Positions 10,324 through 22,714 of a stretch of 64,000 bases of DNA are shown piece by piece. The stretch lies in contig CAVQYR010000002.1 of the NCBI GenBank assembly GCA_963718235.1, positions 786,978 to 850,977 of the forward strand, in the 5' to 3' direction. Position numbers and translations under genes: made by a program. Each line of letters starts with the position of its first letter. Within the stretch, counting starts at the first letter, position 1. Source of the DNA: an uncultured Actinomycetota bacterium. GTDB taxonomy: Bacteria > Actinomycetota > Actinomycetes > JAHEKZ01. The notes under the pieces were generated by a model that was given only the letters and a program-made list of their open reading frames with translations, did not search any database and was not told the DNA's origin.

Positions 10324-10683
10324 GTGCGGGCCAAGGACGGACTCGGACGGTACGGCGAGCAGGTGGCGGCCCAGCATCTGGTCGACCAGGGCCTGGTCGT
10401 GCTGGACCGCAACTGGCGGTGCGAGGTCGGCGAGATCGACATCGTGGCCCGCGACGGTGACACGCTGGTGGTGTGTGAGGTCAAGACCCGCAGCGGCTCC
10501 GGGTACGGCTCGCCACTGGAGGCGGTCACCGAGCAGAAGGCCCGGCGACTCCGCCGGTTGGCGGCTCGCTGGGTCCAGGCCAGCGGGCTGCACCCGTCGG
10601 CGATCAGGATCGACGTCGTCGCCGTGCTCGCCTCGGGGCGGGGGCCGGCCTCGGTGCAGCACGTGCGCGGAGTCGTCTGGTGA
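10324..10683 (+). CDS. yraN: YraN-family (UPF0102) endonuclease
   Basis: GEIDIVARDGDTLVVCEVKTR motif. GGAGGTG RBS before the GTG start. Confidence 0.75.
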   Translation: MRAKDGLGRYGEQVAAQHLVDQGLVVLDRNWRCEVGEIDIVARDGDTLVVCEVKTRSGSGYGSPLEAVTEQKARRLRRLAARWVQASGLHPSAIRIDVVAVLASGRGPASVQHVRGVVW

Positions 10684-12209
10684 CGGTCGCCCGCACCCGA
10701 ACCGTGACCCTGGCCGGCGTCCACGGGCATCTGGTCGACGTCGAGGCCGATGTGAGTCCGGGCCTGCCCAGGACGGTGCTGGTCGGCCTGCCCGACCCGG
10801 CGGTCAACGAGGCCCGGGACCGGGTGCGCGCGGCGCTGGTGAACTCAGGGCTGACCTGGCCGGACGCCCGGATCACGGTCAGCCTGTCCCCGGCCTGGGT
10901 CCGCAAGCGCGGCAGTGGGCTCGACCTCGCCGTCGCCTGCGCGATCCTGGCCGCCACCGAGCAGGTGCCGACGGCGGGCGTCGGCAGCTCGGTGCTGCTG
11001 GGTGAGCTGGGGCTCGACGGAGCGGTGCGCCCGGTTCGGGGGGTGCTGCCGATGGTCCTGGCCGCTCTCGAGCGCGGGCACGACCACGTGGTCGTGGCCG
11101 CCGGCAACGCGGCCGAGGCCGCCCTCGTCCCGGACCTGAAGGTCGTCGCCGTCGACCGGCTGGTCGACCTGGTCGCCGTGCTCCGGGGCGAGGCCGAGCC
11201 AGTCCTCGTGCCGCGCACGCAGTGCCCGCCGAGCCACGATCCGGTGCCCGACCTCGCCGACGTCGTCGGGCAGCATGACGCCCGTCGAGCCCTGGAGATC
11301 GCAGCAGCCGGAGGGCACCACCTGCTGCTGCAGGGCGCGCCGGGCGCCGGCAAGACCCTGCTCGCGCAACGGCTGCCCGGGCTGCTACCTCCGCTCGACG
11401 AGCGGCAGCGGCTCGAGGTCACCGCGGTGCACTCGGTGGCCGGCGTCCTCCCACCGGACCGCCCACTGGTCGCGCACCCGCCGTTCCAGGCGCCGCACCA
11501 CACCGCCACCGGTCCGGCTCTGGTCGGCGGCGGCAGCGGTGTGCCGAGACCGGGGGCCGTATCGCTCGCTCACCGCGGCGTGCTCTTCCTCGACGAGGCG
11601 CCGGAGTTCTCCCCTCGTGTCCTGCAGACCCTGCGCCAACCGCTCGAGAGCGGAGTGGTCACCGTCGCTCGGGCCGAGGCCGTTGTGCACTACCCGGCGA
11701 GCTTCCAGCTGGTCCTGGCGGCCAACCCCTGCCCTTGCGGTCGCCTCGTCGGTCGCGGGCTCGACTGCACGTGCACCCCCATCCAGAAGATGCGGTACAC
11801 CGCGCGTCTGTCCGGGCCGCTGCTGGACCGGATCGACCTGCGGGTGGTGGTCCATCCGCTGACCCGTGAGCAGCTGGCCGAGGGGCTGGCCGGCGAGCCC
11901 AGTGACCGCGTGCGAGACCGGGTCGCAGTGGCCCGCGATCGGGCCGCCCGGCGCCTGACCGGCACCCCGTGGGTGACCAACGCCGCGGTACCTGGACGTG
12001 AGCTGCGCGGGCGCTTCCGGGTCGACCCTGACGCCATGGGCGACGTGTACGACCAGGTGGGCCGTGGAGCGCTGACGGCTCGCGGGGTCGACCGGGTACT
12101 GCGGATCGCCTGGACCCTGGCCGACCTCACCGATCGTGACCGACCCGGGCCGGCCCAGGTGGGCGCCGCACTGCGGCTGCGGCAGGGAGAGTCGGCATGG
12201 GCGGCGTGA
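10680..12209 (+). CDS. comM: YifB/ComM family Mg-chelatase-like AAA+ ATPase
   Basis: GTGA overlap with yraN. N-terminal Lon-like domain, Walker A GAPGAGKT, C-terminal Mg-chelatase domain. Confidence 0.8.
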   Translation: MTVARTRTVTLAGVHGHLVDVEADVSPGLPRTVLVGLPDPAVNEARDRVRAALVNSGLTWPDARITVSLSPAWVRKRGSGLDLAVACAILAATEQVPTAGVGSSVLLGELGLDGAVRPVRGVLPMVLAALERGHDHVVVAAGNAAEAALVPDLKVVAVDRLVDLVAVLRGEAEPVLVPRTQCPPSHDPVPDLADVVGQHDARRALEIAAAGGHHLLLQGAPGAGKTLLAQRLPGLLPPLDERQRLEVTAVHSVAGVLPPDRPLVAHPPFQAPHHTATGPALVGGGSGVPRPGAVSLAHRGVLFLDEAPEFSPRVLQTLRQPLESGVVTVARAEAVVHYPASFQLVLAANPCPCGRLVGRGLDCTCTPIQKMRYTARLSGPLLDRIDLRVVVHPLTREQLAEGLAGEPSDRVRDRVAVARDRAARRLTGTPWVTNAAVPGRELRGRFRVDPDAMGDVYDQVGRGALTARGVDRVLRIAWTLADLTDRDRPGPAQVGAALRLRQGESAWAA

Positions 12210-13331
12210 GCGGGTCGAACGGCCAGCTCGACCCGGATCGGCGGGCCCGTGTCGTTCTCGCCCGGATCGCCGAGCCGGGTGACTCCGCCCTGGTCGAGGC
12301 GGTGCGGATCCGGGGGGCTCGCTCCGTGCTCGAGGCGATCGGTGAGCATCGTTCCGGCCTGCCCAACGAGCGGGGTTACCTCACCCGCCTCGACGGGCTC
12401 GACCCCCGCCGTGACCACGAGCAGCTGACCGACTGCGGCGCGCGCGTGGTCGTCCCCGGTGACCTCGAGTGGCCCAGCCAGCTCGACGACCTCGGGGCCA
12501 CCACGCCCCTGGCGCTCTTCGTCCGCGGCTGCGACCTGCGCCGATGCGTCCTGCGGTCCGCAGCCGTGGTCGGTGCACGCGCAGCAACGACCTACGGGGT
12601 GAACGTCGCCAGTGACCTGGCCGCCGGGCTCTCCGACCGAGGCTGGGCGGTCGTGTCCGGCGGGGCGTACGGGATCGACGCGGCGGCTCACCGCGGGGCG
12701 CTGGCAGCGGGCGGGTTGACGGTGGCCGTCCTCGCCTGCGGGGTCGACGTGGCCTACCCGCGTGGCCATGTGGCCCTGCTCGAACGCGTGGCCGCGGAGG
12801 GTGTGGTCGTGAGCGAGCTCCCACCGGGATGTCACCCGACCAAGAGCCGGTTCCTGACCAGGAACCGGCTGATCGCGGCCCTGTCCCGGGGCACCGTCGT
12901 GGTCGAGGCGGCCCACCGGTCGGGCGCGTTGAACACTGCGGCCGCGGCCCGTCGCCTGGGCCGCCCCCTGCTGGTGGTCCCTGGTCCGGTCACGTCGCCC
13001 CTGTCGGCCGGCACTCATCGACTCCTGCGCGCCCATCGTGAGGAGTCGGTCGTGGTCACCGGAGCCGACGAGGTCGTCGAGGAGCTCGGCCCCCTGGGCA
13101 GCTTGGCCCCGGAGCCTCAGGCTGGCCACCTCGCCGTCCGACGGGCTCGCTCCGCAGGTCGCGGCCACGCTCGAGGCCCTTCCGGTCCGTCGGGGGGTGC
13201 CCATCGAGCGCCTGGCCCGCACGGCAGGTGTGCCCGCTGACGCGGCGGCCCGAGCCCTGGACCAGCTGAGGCTGCTAGGTCTGGCACTCGTCGACGACGG
13301 CCGCTGGCGGCTGGCCGAACGGCCGGAGTGA
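12197..13331 (+). CDS. dprA: DNA processing protein DprA/Smf; reading frame breaks near 13090-13135, either a frameshift/pseudogene or a sequence error
   Basis: Rossmann domain GGAYGIDAAAHRGAL...SRFLTRNRLIAALS in frame 2 up to ~13130. The conserved C-terminal winged-helix tail (LEALPVRRGVPIERLARTAGV...GRWRL) continues in frame 0 to 13331. Confidence 0.6.
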
Positions 13332-13344
13332 CCGACGACCGGGC

Positions 13345-13375
13345 GGGCTCGGCCTGGCGAGCCCTCTTGATTGTG
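13345..13375 (+). terminator. candidate intrinsic terminator after dprA
   Basis: GGGCUCG / CGAGCCC 7-bp GC stem with 6-nt loop, followed by UCUUGAUUGUG. Confidence 0.35.
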
Positions 13376-13401
13376 CGGCCTGCCGGACGCACCGTGGGGC
13401 G

Positions 13402-14370
13402 GTGACCTCACCCACCGCCTCCGCCGCACCGGGAGGGGGACCGGGGAGCGGGGCTGAGCCGGCGCCGGCGCTGCAGGCTCTGCTCGGTCCCTTCGAGCGA
13501 GCGCTGCGGGTCGAACGGGGCCTTGCGGCTCGCACGGTCACGGCCTACGTCAGCGACGTCGGCGGGTTGGTCGAGCACGCCGAGCGGCTCGGCGTGACGA
13601 CGCCGGCCGAGCTGGACCTGGCTGTCCTGCGCAGCTGGCTGGCCCTGCAGAGCACCCGGGGCAAGGCGCGGACGACCCTGGCCCGACGCACCTCCGCCGC
13701 ACGGGCGTTCACCGGCTACCTCGTGTCGCACGGGCTGGCCCCCGTCGACGCCGCGGCTCGGCTGGCCCGGCCGAAGGCGCACCGCCCGCTGCCCGCCGTG
13801 CTGCGCCACGACCAGGTGAACCGGCTCCTGGACGCCTCGACTGAGCGGGCGGCTGACGGCGCTGCGGCGACGCTGCGGGACCTCGCGGTGCTGGAGCTTC
13901 TCTACGCGACGGGGATCCGGGTCGGAGAGCTGGTCGGTCTGGACGTCGACGACGTGGACCACGAACGACAGGCGGTCCGGGTGCTGGGCAAGGGGGCCAA
14001 GGAGCGTTCGGTACCGATGGGGGTGCCGGCCCGGAGGTCTCTGGACGCCTGGCTGGAGCGGGGGCGGCCGCAGTGGGCCCGACCGGGCAGCGGGCCCGCG
14101 CTGTTCCTCGGGGCGAGGGGGGGACGGCTCGACCAGCGAGCGGTCCGTACGCTGGTCCACCGGCACCTGGCCGAGGTCCCCGATGTGGCCGACCTCGGAC
14201 CGCACGGCCTGCGGCACACCGCCGCGACGCACCTGCTCGAGGGTGGAGCCGACCTGCGTTCCGTCCAAGAGCTCCTCGGTCACGCTACGCTCGCGACCAC
14301 CCAGATCTACACGCACGTGTCCGTTGACCGACTGAAGAGGGCGTATGACCAAGCGCACCCCCGCGCGTGA
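13402..14370 (+). CDS. xerC: tyrosine recombinase XerC
   Basis: N-terminal SAM-like core-binding domain. C-terminal [24 protein letters not shown]...Y catalytic motifs. Conserved position after dprA. Confidence 0.8.
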   Translation: MTSPTASAAPGGGPGSGAEPAPALQALLGPFERALRVERGLAARTVTAYVSDVGGLVEHAERLGVTTPAELDLAVLRSWLALQSTRGKARTTLARRTSAARAFTGYLVSHGLAPVDAAARLARPKAHRPLPAVLRHDQVNRLLDASTERAADGAAATLRDLAVLELLYATGIRVGELVGLDVDDVDHERQAVRVLGKGAKERSVPMGVPARRSLDAWLERGRPQWARPGSGPALFLGARGGRLDQRAVRTLVHRHLAEVPDVADLGPHGLRHTAATHLLEGGADLRSVQELLGHATLATTQIYTHVSVDRLKRAYDQAHPRA

Positions 14371-15205
14371 TGGTGCTGCCGCGTCACCTGCTGCCTCCGT
14401 CGAGGTCGACTTCGACGACGAGCCGGACCAGGCGTCGGCGGCCGACGCGGCGCTGAAGGCGCTGTGGCGGGAGTTCAAGGACACCGCCGAACCCGCCCTG
14501 CGGGAGCGGCTGATCCTGCACTACTCACCGCTGGTCAAGTACGTGGCCGGTCGGGTGGGGGTCGGGCTGCCGCCCAACATCGAGCAGGCCGACCTCGTCT
14601 CCTACGGCATCTTCGGTCTGATTGACGCGATCGAGAAGTTCGACCTCGAGCGTGCGATCAAGTTCGAGACCTACGCGATCAGCCGGATCCGCGGAGCGAT
14701 CATCGACGAGCTGCGGGCAATCGACTGGATCCCGCGCTCGGTGCGCTACAAGGCGCGCGAGGTCGAGAAGGCCTACGCCTCCTTGGAGGCGTCGCTGCAC
14801 CGAACTCCGTCGGAGGCCGAGGTTGCCGCCGAGATGGGGATCGCCCTGTCGGACCTCCACGCGATCTTCAGCCAGGTGTCCTACGTCAACGTCGTCGCCC
14901 TGGACGAGCTGCTCGGGGCCGGCGGTGACAAGGGCGACAAGCTGAGCCTGGTCGACACCTTGGAGGACCACCGGGCCGAGGACCCGGTGGCAGCCTTCGA
15001 GTCAGAGGAGACCAAGTACCTTCTGGCCAAAGCGATCAACCAGCTTCCGGAGCGAGAGAAGATCGTCGTCACCCTCTACTACTACGAAGGGCTCACGCTG
15101 GCCGAGATCGGCCAGGTGCTCGGGGTGACCGAGAGCCGGATCTGCCAGATGCACACCAAGGCGGTGCTCCAGCTGAGGGGCAAGCTGTCCGAACCTCTCG
15201 ACTGA
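14345..15205 (+). CDS. RNA polymerase sigma factor, FliA/WhiG (sigma-28) family
   Basis: Region 2 [15 protein letters not shown]. Region 4 [21 protein letters not shown]. Start may be later than shown because it overlaps the xerC 3' end. Confidence 0.8.
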   Translation: MTKRTPARDGAAASPAASVEVDFDDEPDQASAADAALKALWREFKDTAEPALRERLILHYSPLVKYVAGRVGVGLPPNIEQADLVSYGIFGLIDAIEKFDLERAIKFETYAISRIRGAIIDELRAIDWIPRSVRYKAREVEKAYASLEASLHRTPSEAEVAAEMGIALSDLHAIFSQVSYVNVVALDELLGAGGDKGDKLSLVDTLEDHRAEDPVAAFESEETKYLLAKAINQLPEREKIVVTLYYYEGLTLAEIGQVLGVTESRICQMHTKAVLQLRGKLSEPLD

Positions 15206-15769
15206 GCCCAGCGGGAGCAGGGTCAGCGGGCCACGCAGCAGCAGCCGCGGGTCGAAGTACCGGGTGTCGTCACGCAGCCCCCAGTGCAGGCACGTCCACG
15301 GCCCGCAGTGGGGGCTGTAGGCCAAGGTGCCGAGCACCTCGCCGGCCCTGACGACGTCGCCCACCGAGACCCTTGGCTCGAGCGGCTCGTAGGTGGTGCG
15401 CAGCCCGTCACCGAGCCCCACCACCACGACGCCCCGCCCGGCGAGCGAGCCAGCGAAGGTGACCGACCCGGCCACGGCGGCGACGACCGGGTCGCCGACG
15501 TCGCCGGCCAGGTCGACGCCGCGGTGACCCGCCTTCCAGGGGTCCTTGGGTGGGTCGAACTCGCGAACCACCACCGGCGGGCTCAGCGGCCAGGTGCCGA
15601 CCACGGTCTCGGCGGCGGCCGGGGAGGCCAGCACCACCAGGACGAGCCCGCCCAAGCCGAGCGACGACAGGCTGAGCGTCCGCAGGCACAGCGTCCACAG
15701 GCTGAGCGCCCGCGGGCCCACCGAGACGCGGCGGGACCGAGCAGGGGCACGGGTGCGTCGGGAGGTCAC
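15002..15769 (-). CDS. M23 family metallopeptidase with signal peptide
   Basis: HRGVDLAG...GSVTFAG...[14 protein letters not shown]23 motifs. Signal-like [17 protein letters not shown]. Start guessed at GTG 15769. No in-frame stop until 15002, which is antisense to the sigma gene 3' end. Confidence 0.55.
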   Translation of the reverse strand: MTSRRTRAPARSRRVSVGPRALSLWTLCLRTLSLSSLGLGGLVLVVLASPAAAETVVGTWPLSPPVVVREFDPPKDPWKAGHRGVDLAGDVGDPVVAAVAGSVTFAGSLAGRGVVVVGLGDGLRTTYEPLEPRVSVGDVVRAGEVLGTLAYSPHCGPWTCLHWGLRDDTRYFDPRLLLRGPLTLLPLGSVERFGQLAPQLEHRLGVHLADPALGHPEHLADLGQREPFVVVEGDDDLLSLRKLVDRFGQKVLGLL

Positions 15770-16104
15770 GGCGACACCCTGGCCGACCCGGGCTCGAGGG
15801 GTTCGCCTGGCGTGGCCGGCTGGGGACGGGCGGGCGGACCGCCGCCCTGTGGACGACCGTTTTCGCCACGACGGCGTTCGCCCCGTACACTGACCGGGCG
15901 CGCCCTCCCGTCCTCGATGGCTGGGCGTGACATCGCACGTCCGCGCCTCGCGCCTCGGCGCAGGCAGGCCACTCGGTCCACAGCCTGGCTCAACCGCTCG
16001 ACTGTGGTCGGTCACGTCGGACGTCAGGCGCCCACCCGACCGTGGTGGGCGAAGAACCGAGAACCGCGTCGGGCTCGCCCGGCGTGGGTGAGGAGCACCC
16101 GGCC

Positions 16105-17151
16105 ATGGCCGTCGTCACCATGAAGCAGCTGCTCGAGAGCGGCGTCCACTTCGGGCACCAGACCCGTCGCTGGAACCCGAAGATGAAGCGGTTCATCTTC
16201 ACCGAGCGCAACGGCATCTACATCATCGACCTGCAGCAGTCGCTGTCGTACATCGACCGCGCCTACGAGTTCGTCAAGGAGACCGTGGCCCACGGGGGCT
16301 CGGTGATGTTCATCGGCACCAAGAAGCAGGCCCAGGAGGCCATCGCCGAGCAGTCGACCCGGGTCGGGATGCCCTACGTCAACCAGCGGTGGCTGGGCGG
16401 CATGCTGACCAACTTCTCCACGGTGCACAAGCGGCTGCAGCGGCTCAAGGAGCTCGAGCAGATCGACTTCGACGACGTCGCCGCCTCCGGCATGACCAAG
16501 AAGGAGCTGCTGGTGCTCCGGCGTGAGCGGGACAAGCTGGTCAAGACCCTCGGCGGCATCCGTGACATGCAGCGGATCCCGAGCGCGGTGTGGGTCATCG
16601 ACACCAACAAGGAGCACATCGCCGTCGAGGAGGCCCGCAAGCTCAACATCCCCGTGGTCGCCATCCTGGACAGCAACTGCGACCCGGACGTCGTGCAGTA
16701 CCCGATCCCCGGCAACGACGACGCGATCCGCTCGGTCGCGCTGCTGACCAGGGTCATCGCCGACGCCGTCGCCGACGGCCTGGTCGCCCGGGCCGGCGCG
16801 GCCAGTGGCGACGAGAAGCCCGTGGGTGCCGAGCTCGGCACCGACGAGCCCCTGGCCGAGTGGGAGCGCGAGCTGTTGGGCGCCGCGGAGACGCCGGCCC
16901 CCGAGGCACCCGCCGCGGAGGCCCCGGTCGAGACCCCGGCACCCGAGGCCCCGGCCGCGGAGGCCCCGGTCCGAGGCCCCGGCACCCGAGGCCCCGGCCG
17001 AGGCCCCGAGGCCCCGGTCGAGGCCCCGGCACCTGAGGCCCCGGTCGAGACCCCGGCACCTGAGGCCCCGGTCGAGACCCCGGCACCCGAGGCCCCGGCC
17101 GCGGAGGCCCTGGTCGAGACCCCGGCCGAGGCTGTCGAGCCCCAGGCCTGA
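16105..17151 (+). CDS. rpsB: 30S ribosomal protein S2 with long Ala/Pro/Glu-rich C-terminal repeat extension
   Basis: [36 protein letters not shown] matches the canonical S2 N-terminus. Confidence 0.85.
   Translation: MAVVTMKQLLESGVHFGHQTRRWNPKMKRFIFTERNGIYIIDLQQSLSYIDRAYEFVKETVAHGGSVMFIGTKKQAQEAIAEQSTRVGMPYVNQRWLGGMLTNFSTVHKRLQRLKELEQIDFDDVAASGMTKKELLVLRRERDKLVKTLGGIRDMQRIPSAVWVIDTNKEHIAVEEARKLNIPVVAILDSNCDPDVVQYPIPGNDDAIRSVALLTRVIADAVADGLVARAGAASGDEKPVGAELGTDEPLAEWERELLGAAETPAPEAPAAEAPVETPAPEAPAAEAPVRGPGTRGPGRGPEAPVEAPAPEAPVETPAPEAPVETPAPEAPAAEALVETPAEAVEPQA
16868..17140 (+). repeat. tandem 24-30 bp repeats encoding (E-A/T-P-A/V-P) units inside the rpsB 3' end
   Basis: Repeated ccggcacc(c/t)gaggccccggtcgagacc units, with one stretch that is out of phase ([12 protein letters not shown]) and then restored. 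Confidence 0.6.
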
Positions 17152-17196
17152 CCTGTTTCCGTCGCACCACGAACCCAAGAAAGGGCTGCCACCCCC

Positions 17197-18818
<1,622 letters not shown>

Positions 18819-18852
18819 CGCCCGACCCGCTCACCCCGAAACAGGAGCTGCC

Positions 18853-19422
18853 GTGACTTCCGACACCATCGCCGAGAACCTGCGTGAGGCCGAGCAGAAG
18901 ATGGGCAAGGCTGTGGCGGTGGCCAAGGAGGACTTCGCGTCCATCCGTACGGGGCGGGCCAACCCCGCGATGTTCAACAAGATCCTGGCCGACTACTACG
19001 GCACCCCGACCCCGGTGAACCAGCTGGCGTCGTTCCACTCGCTCGAGGCGTCACTCATGGTGATCACCCCCTACGACAAGGGCGCACTGTCGGCGATCGA
19101 GCGGGCGATCCGGGACAGCGACCTCGGGGTGAACCCGGTCGACGACGGTGTCGTGATCCGGGTGGCGTTCCCCTCGCTGACCGAGGAGCGTCGACGCGAC
19201 TACATCAAGGTCGCCCGCACCAAGGCCGAGGACGCCAAGATCTCGATCCGCAACATCCGCCGGCACAGCAAGGACCACCTGGACAAGCTGTCGAAGGACG
19301 GCGACGCCAGCGAGGACGACGTACGCCGCGCCGAGAAGCAGCTCGACGACCTGACGCACAAGTACACCGGCCAGGTCGACGACGTCCTCAAGCACAAAGA
19401 GGCCGAGCTGCTCGAGGTCTGA
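18853..19422 (+). CDS. frr: ribosome recycling factor
   Basis: AGGAG RBS then GTG. N-terminus [17 protein letters not shown]. Conserved pyrH-frr-cdsA order. Confidence 0.85.
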   Translation: MTSDTIAENLREAEQKMGKAVAVAKEDFASIRTGRANPAMFNKILADYYGTPTPVNQLASFHSLEASLMVITPYDKGALSAIERAIRDSDLGVNPVDDGVVIRVAFPSLTEERRRDYIKVARTKAEDAKISIRNIRRHSKDHLDKLSKDGDASEDDVRRAEKQLDDLTHKYTGQVDDVLKHKEAELLEV

Positions 19423-19426
19423 GGTC

Positions 19427-20290
19427 GTGTCCGCCCCCGAACCTGACGAGAGCCCGTCGGTCGCGACGTCTGTTCCCGGCCCCCCGGTCGGGCGGGCCGG
19501 GCGCAACCTCCCGGTCGCGGTCGGGGTGGGCGTCCTGCTCGCCGTCCTGGTGCTGCTGAGCCTCTACACGTACAAGTGGCTGTTCGTCGTCGTGGTGGTG
19601 GCTGCGATCGCGATCGCGGTGTACGAGCTGGCCACGGCGGTGCGGTCCGCTGACGTCGTGGTGCCTTTGCTGCCGATGGTCGCCGCGAGTGCGGTCATGC
19701 TCGTCGCGGCCTACCTGGACGGTGCGGACACGCTGGCTGTCGCCTATGTCCTGACCCTGGTGCTTGTCGTGCTGGCCCGGCTCGTGCTCGGGCACCAGCG
19801 GCTGGTGCGGGACACCGTCGTCGCAGTGTTCGTGGTCACGTACGTGGCGCTGCTCGCGTCGTTCGCGATGCTGATGCTCGCCGAGCCGGACGGGCCCGAC
19901 CGGATCGTGGTCTTCATCCTCGCGGTCGTGGCCAGCGACACCGGCGGCTACGCGGTCGGCGTCCTCACCGGTCGCCACCCCATGGCGCCGAGGGTGAGTC
20001 CGAAGAAGTCGTGGGAGGGGCTGGGCGGGTCCTTCCTGTTCGCCGCTGTCGCGTCCTCGCTCGCGTTCGCCGTGCTCTTGGACGCGTCCTGGTGGCGCGG
20101 TGCGTTGTTCGGCTGCGTGGTCGTGGTGACGGCCACCCTCGGCGACCTCGGCGAGTCGCTGATCAAGCGTGACCTCGGGGTGAAGGACATGAGCCGGCTC
20201 CTGCCCGAGCACGGGGGGCTGATGGACCGGCTCGACTCGCTGCTGCCTACCGCCCCCGTGGCGGCGGTCCTGCTCCTCGCCCTGGTGTGA
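19427..20290 (+). CDS. cdsA: phosphatidate cytidylyltransferase
   Basis: Polytopic membrane protein with C-terminal CTP-transferase motif KRDLGVKDMSRLLPEHGGLMDRLDS. Confidence 0.75.
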   Translation: MSAPEPDESPSVATSVPGPPVGRAGRNLPVAVGVGVLLAVLVLLSLYTYKWLFVVVVVAAIAIAVYELATAVRSADVVVPLLPMVAASAVMLVAAYLDGADTLAVAYVLTLVLVVLARLVLGHQRLVRDTVVAVFVVTYVALLASFAMLMLAEPDGPDRIVVFILAVVASDTGGYAVGVLTGRHPMAPRVSPKKSWEGLGGSFLFAAVASSLAFAVLLDASWWRGALFGCVVVVTATLGDLGESLIKRDLGVKDMSRLLPEHGGLMDRLDSLLPTAPVAAVLLLALV

Positions 20291-20330
20291 TCCAGCCGGT
20301 GCTGGTGGTCGTGGGTCGGGGCGTCGCGCG

Positions 20331-20969
20331 GTGCGACAGAATGACTCCATGACACTGGCCGCGAAGGCTCCGGAGGAGCGGCGACGCCGGATCCTGCGCG
20401 CAGCCGTCGACGTGGTGCGCGACCGTGGCTTCGCGGGAACCCGGGTCGCTGACATCGCGGCCGCCGCCGGGACCAGCCCCGCCCTGGTGCTGTACCACTT
20501 CAGCAGCCTCAACGACGTGCTCCTCGAGGCGCTGACCATGACCGACGAGGAGTTCTACGACGACCTCGGCGGCGCGAGCGGCGACCCGCGCGACCGGTTG
20601 GCCCGGATGGCGACCCTGGCGGCGGGGGGCGGGCCGGGGTTCGGCGACTGGCAGCTGTACCTCGAGGTCTGGGTGCGGGCCCGGCACGACGAGCGGATCG
20701 ACGCCGTCCGCCAGGAGCTCGACGCGCGGTGGCGCGAGGCCCTGGTCGAGACGGTCGAGGCCGGCGTGGCAGAGGGCCTGTTCGACAGCCCTTCGCCCAC
20801 CGACGCGGCCCTGCGCCTGTCCTCGCTCATGGACGGGCTGGCCGTCCAGGTCGTGCTCGGCGACCCCGGAGTGACCTCCGAGCGCATGGTCGAGCTGTGG
20901 CTTGCCGGGGCGGCCCGGGAGCTGTCGACCGACGCCGCCGACCTGCTGGCCCGCACCCAGGCGCTGTGA
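20331..20969 (+). CDS. TetR-family transcriptional regulator
   Basis: N-terminal [41 protein letters not shown]. Confidence 0.75.
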   Translation: MRQNDSMTLAAKAPEERRRRILRAAVDVVRDRGFAGTRVADIAAAAGTSPALVLYHFSSLNDVLLEALTMTDEEFYDDLGGASGDPRDRLARMATLAAGGGPGFGDWQLYLEVWVRARHDERIDAVRQELDARWREALVETVEAGVAEGLFDSPSPTDAALRLSSLMDGLAVQVVLGDPGVTSERMVELWLAGAARELSTDAADLLARTQAL

Positions 20970-22072
20970 TGCCCCAGCCCGGTGAGCTGACGTTCACCGC
21001 GCCCCGACGGGGCAAGCCGCCGCGACACCTCGCCGACCTCGACCGACCGGCGCGGCGGGCAGCGCTCACCGAGCTCGGTGAGCCGGCCTACCGGGCCGAC
21101 CAGCTGTCCCGGCACTACTTCGAGCGCCACGTCGTCGACCCGGCCGAGATGACCGATCTCCCGGCGTCGACCCGGGCCGACCTGGTCGCGGAGGTGCTGC
21201 CGCCCCTGCTGACCCCGGTCGGCGAGCAGACGTGCGACCGTGGGACCACCGTGAAGAGCCTGTGGCGGTTGTTCGACGGGGCGCTCGTGGAGAGCGTGCT
21301 GATGCGCTACCCGGGTCGGGCGACGGTCTGCCTGTCGTCCCAGGCCGGCTGCGGGATGAACTGCCCGTTCTGCGCCACCGGCCAGGCTGGCCTGACCCGC
21401 AACCTGTCCACGGCGGAGATCGTCGACCAGGCGGTGTCGGCGGCCCGCCTGATCGAGTCCGGCGCCGTGGCCGGGGGGCCTGGTCGGTTGTCCAACGTCG
21501 TGTTCATGGGCATGGGCGAGCCGTTGGCCAACTACCGCGCCGTCGTCGACGCCGTCCGGCGGCTGACCGACCCGGCGCCGGCCGGCCTCGGCCTGTCCCA
21601 GCGCTCGGTCACGCTGTCGACGGTGGGACTGGTCCCCGCGATGCGGCGGCTCCTGGACGAGGACCTCTCGGTCACCCTGGCGTTGTCCCTGCACGCCCCC
21701 GACGACGAGCTGCGGGACACCCTCGTGCCGGTCAACACCCGTTGGCCGGTGACCGAGGTGCTCGCCGCCGCGTTCGACTACGTCGACCGTACCGGGCGCC
21801 GCCTGTCGATCGAGTACGCGCTGATCCGCGACATCAACGACCAAGCCTGGCGGGCCGATCGCCTGGGTGCGCTCCTCGCCGGTCGGCTCGCGCACGTCAA
21901 CCTCATCCCGCTCAACCCGACGCCGGGGTCGAGGTGGACGGCGTCTCGACCGCAGGACGAGCAGGAGTTCGTCCGCCGGATCGAGGCCCACGGCGTGCCG
22001 GTCACCGTGCGGGACACCCGTGGACGCGAGATCGACGGGGCCTGCGGCCAGCTGGCCGCCACGGTCGACTGA
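20969..22072 (+). CDS. rlmN: 23S rRNA/tRNA adenine-C2 methyltransferase RlmN (radical SAM)
   Basis: [19 protein letters not shown] radical-SAM cysteine cluster. TGATG overlap with TetR. Confidence 0.85.
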   Translation: MPQPGELTFTAPRRGKPPRHLADLDRPARRAALTELGEPAYRADQLSRHYFERHVVDPAEMTDLPASTRADLVAEVLPPLLTPVGEQTCDRGTTVKSLWRLFDGALVESVLMRYPGRATVCLSSQAGCGMNCPFCATGQAGLTRNLSTAEIVDQAVSAARLIESGAVAGGPGRLSNVVFMGMGEPLANYRAVVDAVRRLTDPAPAGLGLSQRSVTLSTVGLVPAMRRLLDEDLSVTLALSLHAPDDELRDTLVPVNTRWPVTEVLAAAFDYVDRTGRRLSIEYALIRDINDQAWRADRLGALLAGRLAHVNLIPLNPTPGSRWTASRPQDEQEFVRRIEAHGVPVTVRDTRGREIDGACGQLAATVD

Positions 22073-22120
22073 TCCGGCACGGCGACACCACCACCGGGAT
22101 GCGCCGAGTCGGGCGCGTGA

Positions 22121-22714
22121 GTGTGCGAGGGTTCTGCCGTGTCCGTGACGTCCACGCTCGCCACTGCCTCGCGACGCGAGAAGGCTCGCGCCGTCGCCAT
22201 GAGCCTCGTCCGCACGGGGCTCACGGTCGGGGCCATCTTCTGGGTCTACGCCGCCACGCCGCGTGCCGCGGCTGGTGAGGAGGTCAAACAGGGTGCTCCG
22301 CTGCTGCTCGTCGCACTCGCGGTCTTCTTGGCCGTGTTCACCTGGCAGCTGCGCCGCATCCGGCGGTCCCGTCACCCCGGACTGCGTGCCGCCGAGGCGG
22401 GAGTGTCCAGTCTCGCCGTGTTCCTCGTCGGTTTCGCGATCGTCTACCTGTCCTGGTCCAGCGTCTACCCGAACGACTTCAGCGAGCCGCTGCAGCACGT
22501 GACGGCGATGTACTTCACGGTCACCGTCTTCGCCACCGTGGGGTTCGGCGACATCACCCCGACCGCTGACCCGACCCGGATCATCACCTCGGTCCAGATG
22601 CTGCTGGACCTCGTCTTCATCGGCGCCCTGGTCAAGGTGCTCTTCCAGGTCGCCCAGAACGCCACGGCGGACCGGGAGCAGACCGAGGTCCCACCCCCTA
22701 GCATCGAGCCATGA
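22121..22714 (+). CDS. two-TM potassium channel (pore-loop, Kcs-type)
   Basis: Selectivity filter TVGFGDITP between two hydrophobic helices. Confidence 0.7.
   Translation: MCEGSAVSVTSTLATASRREKARAVAMSLVRTGLTVGAIFWVYAATPRAAAGEEVKQGAPLLLVALAVFLAVFTWQLRRIRRSRHPGLRAAEAGVSSLAVFLVGFAIVYLSWSSVYPNDFSEPLQHVTAMYFTVTVFATVGFGDITPTADPTRIITSVQMLLDLVFIGALVKVLFQVAQNATADREQTEVPPPSIEP

Noticed and set aside
16868-17140. Possible CRISPR-like array from regularly spaced repeats.
   Set aside because: The repeats are contiguous in-frame codon repeats inside rpsB with no spacers.
20555-22498. 647-aa minus-strand ORF across TetR/rlmN.
   Set aside because: Antisense shadow of rlmN with Arg/Gly/Pro-rich translation.
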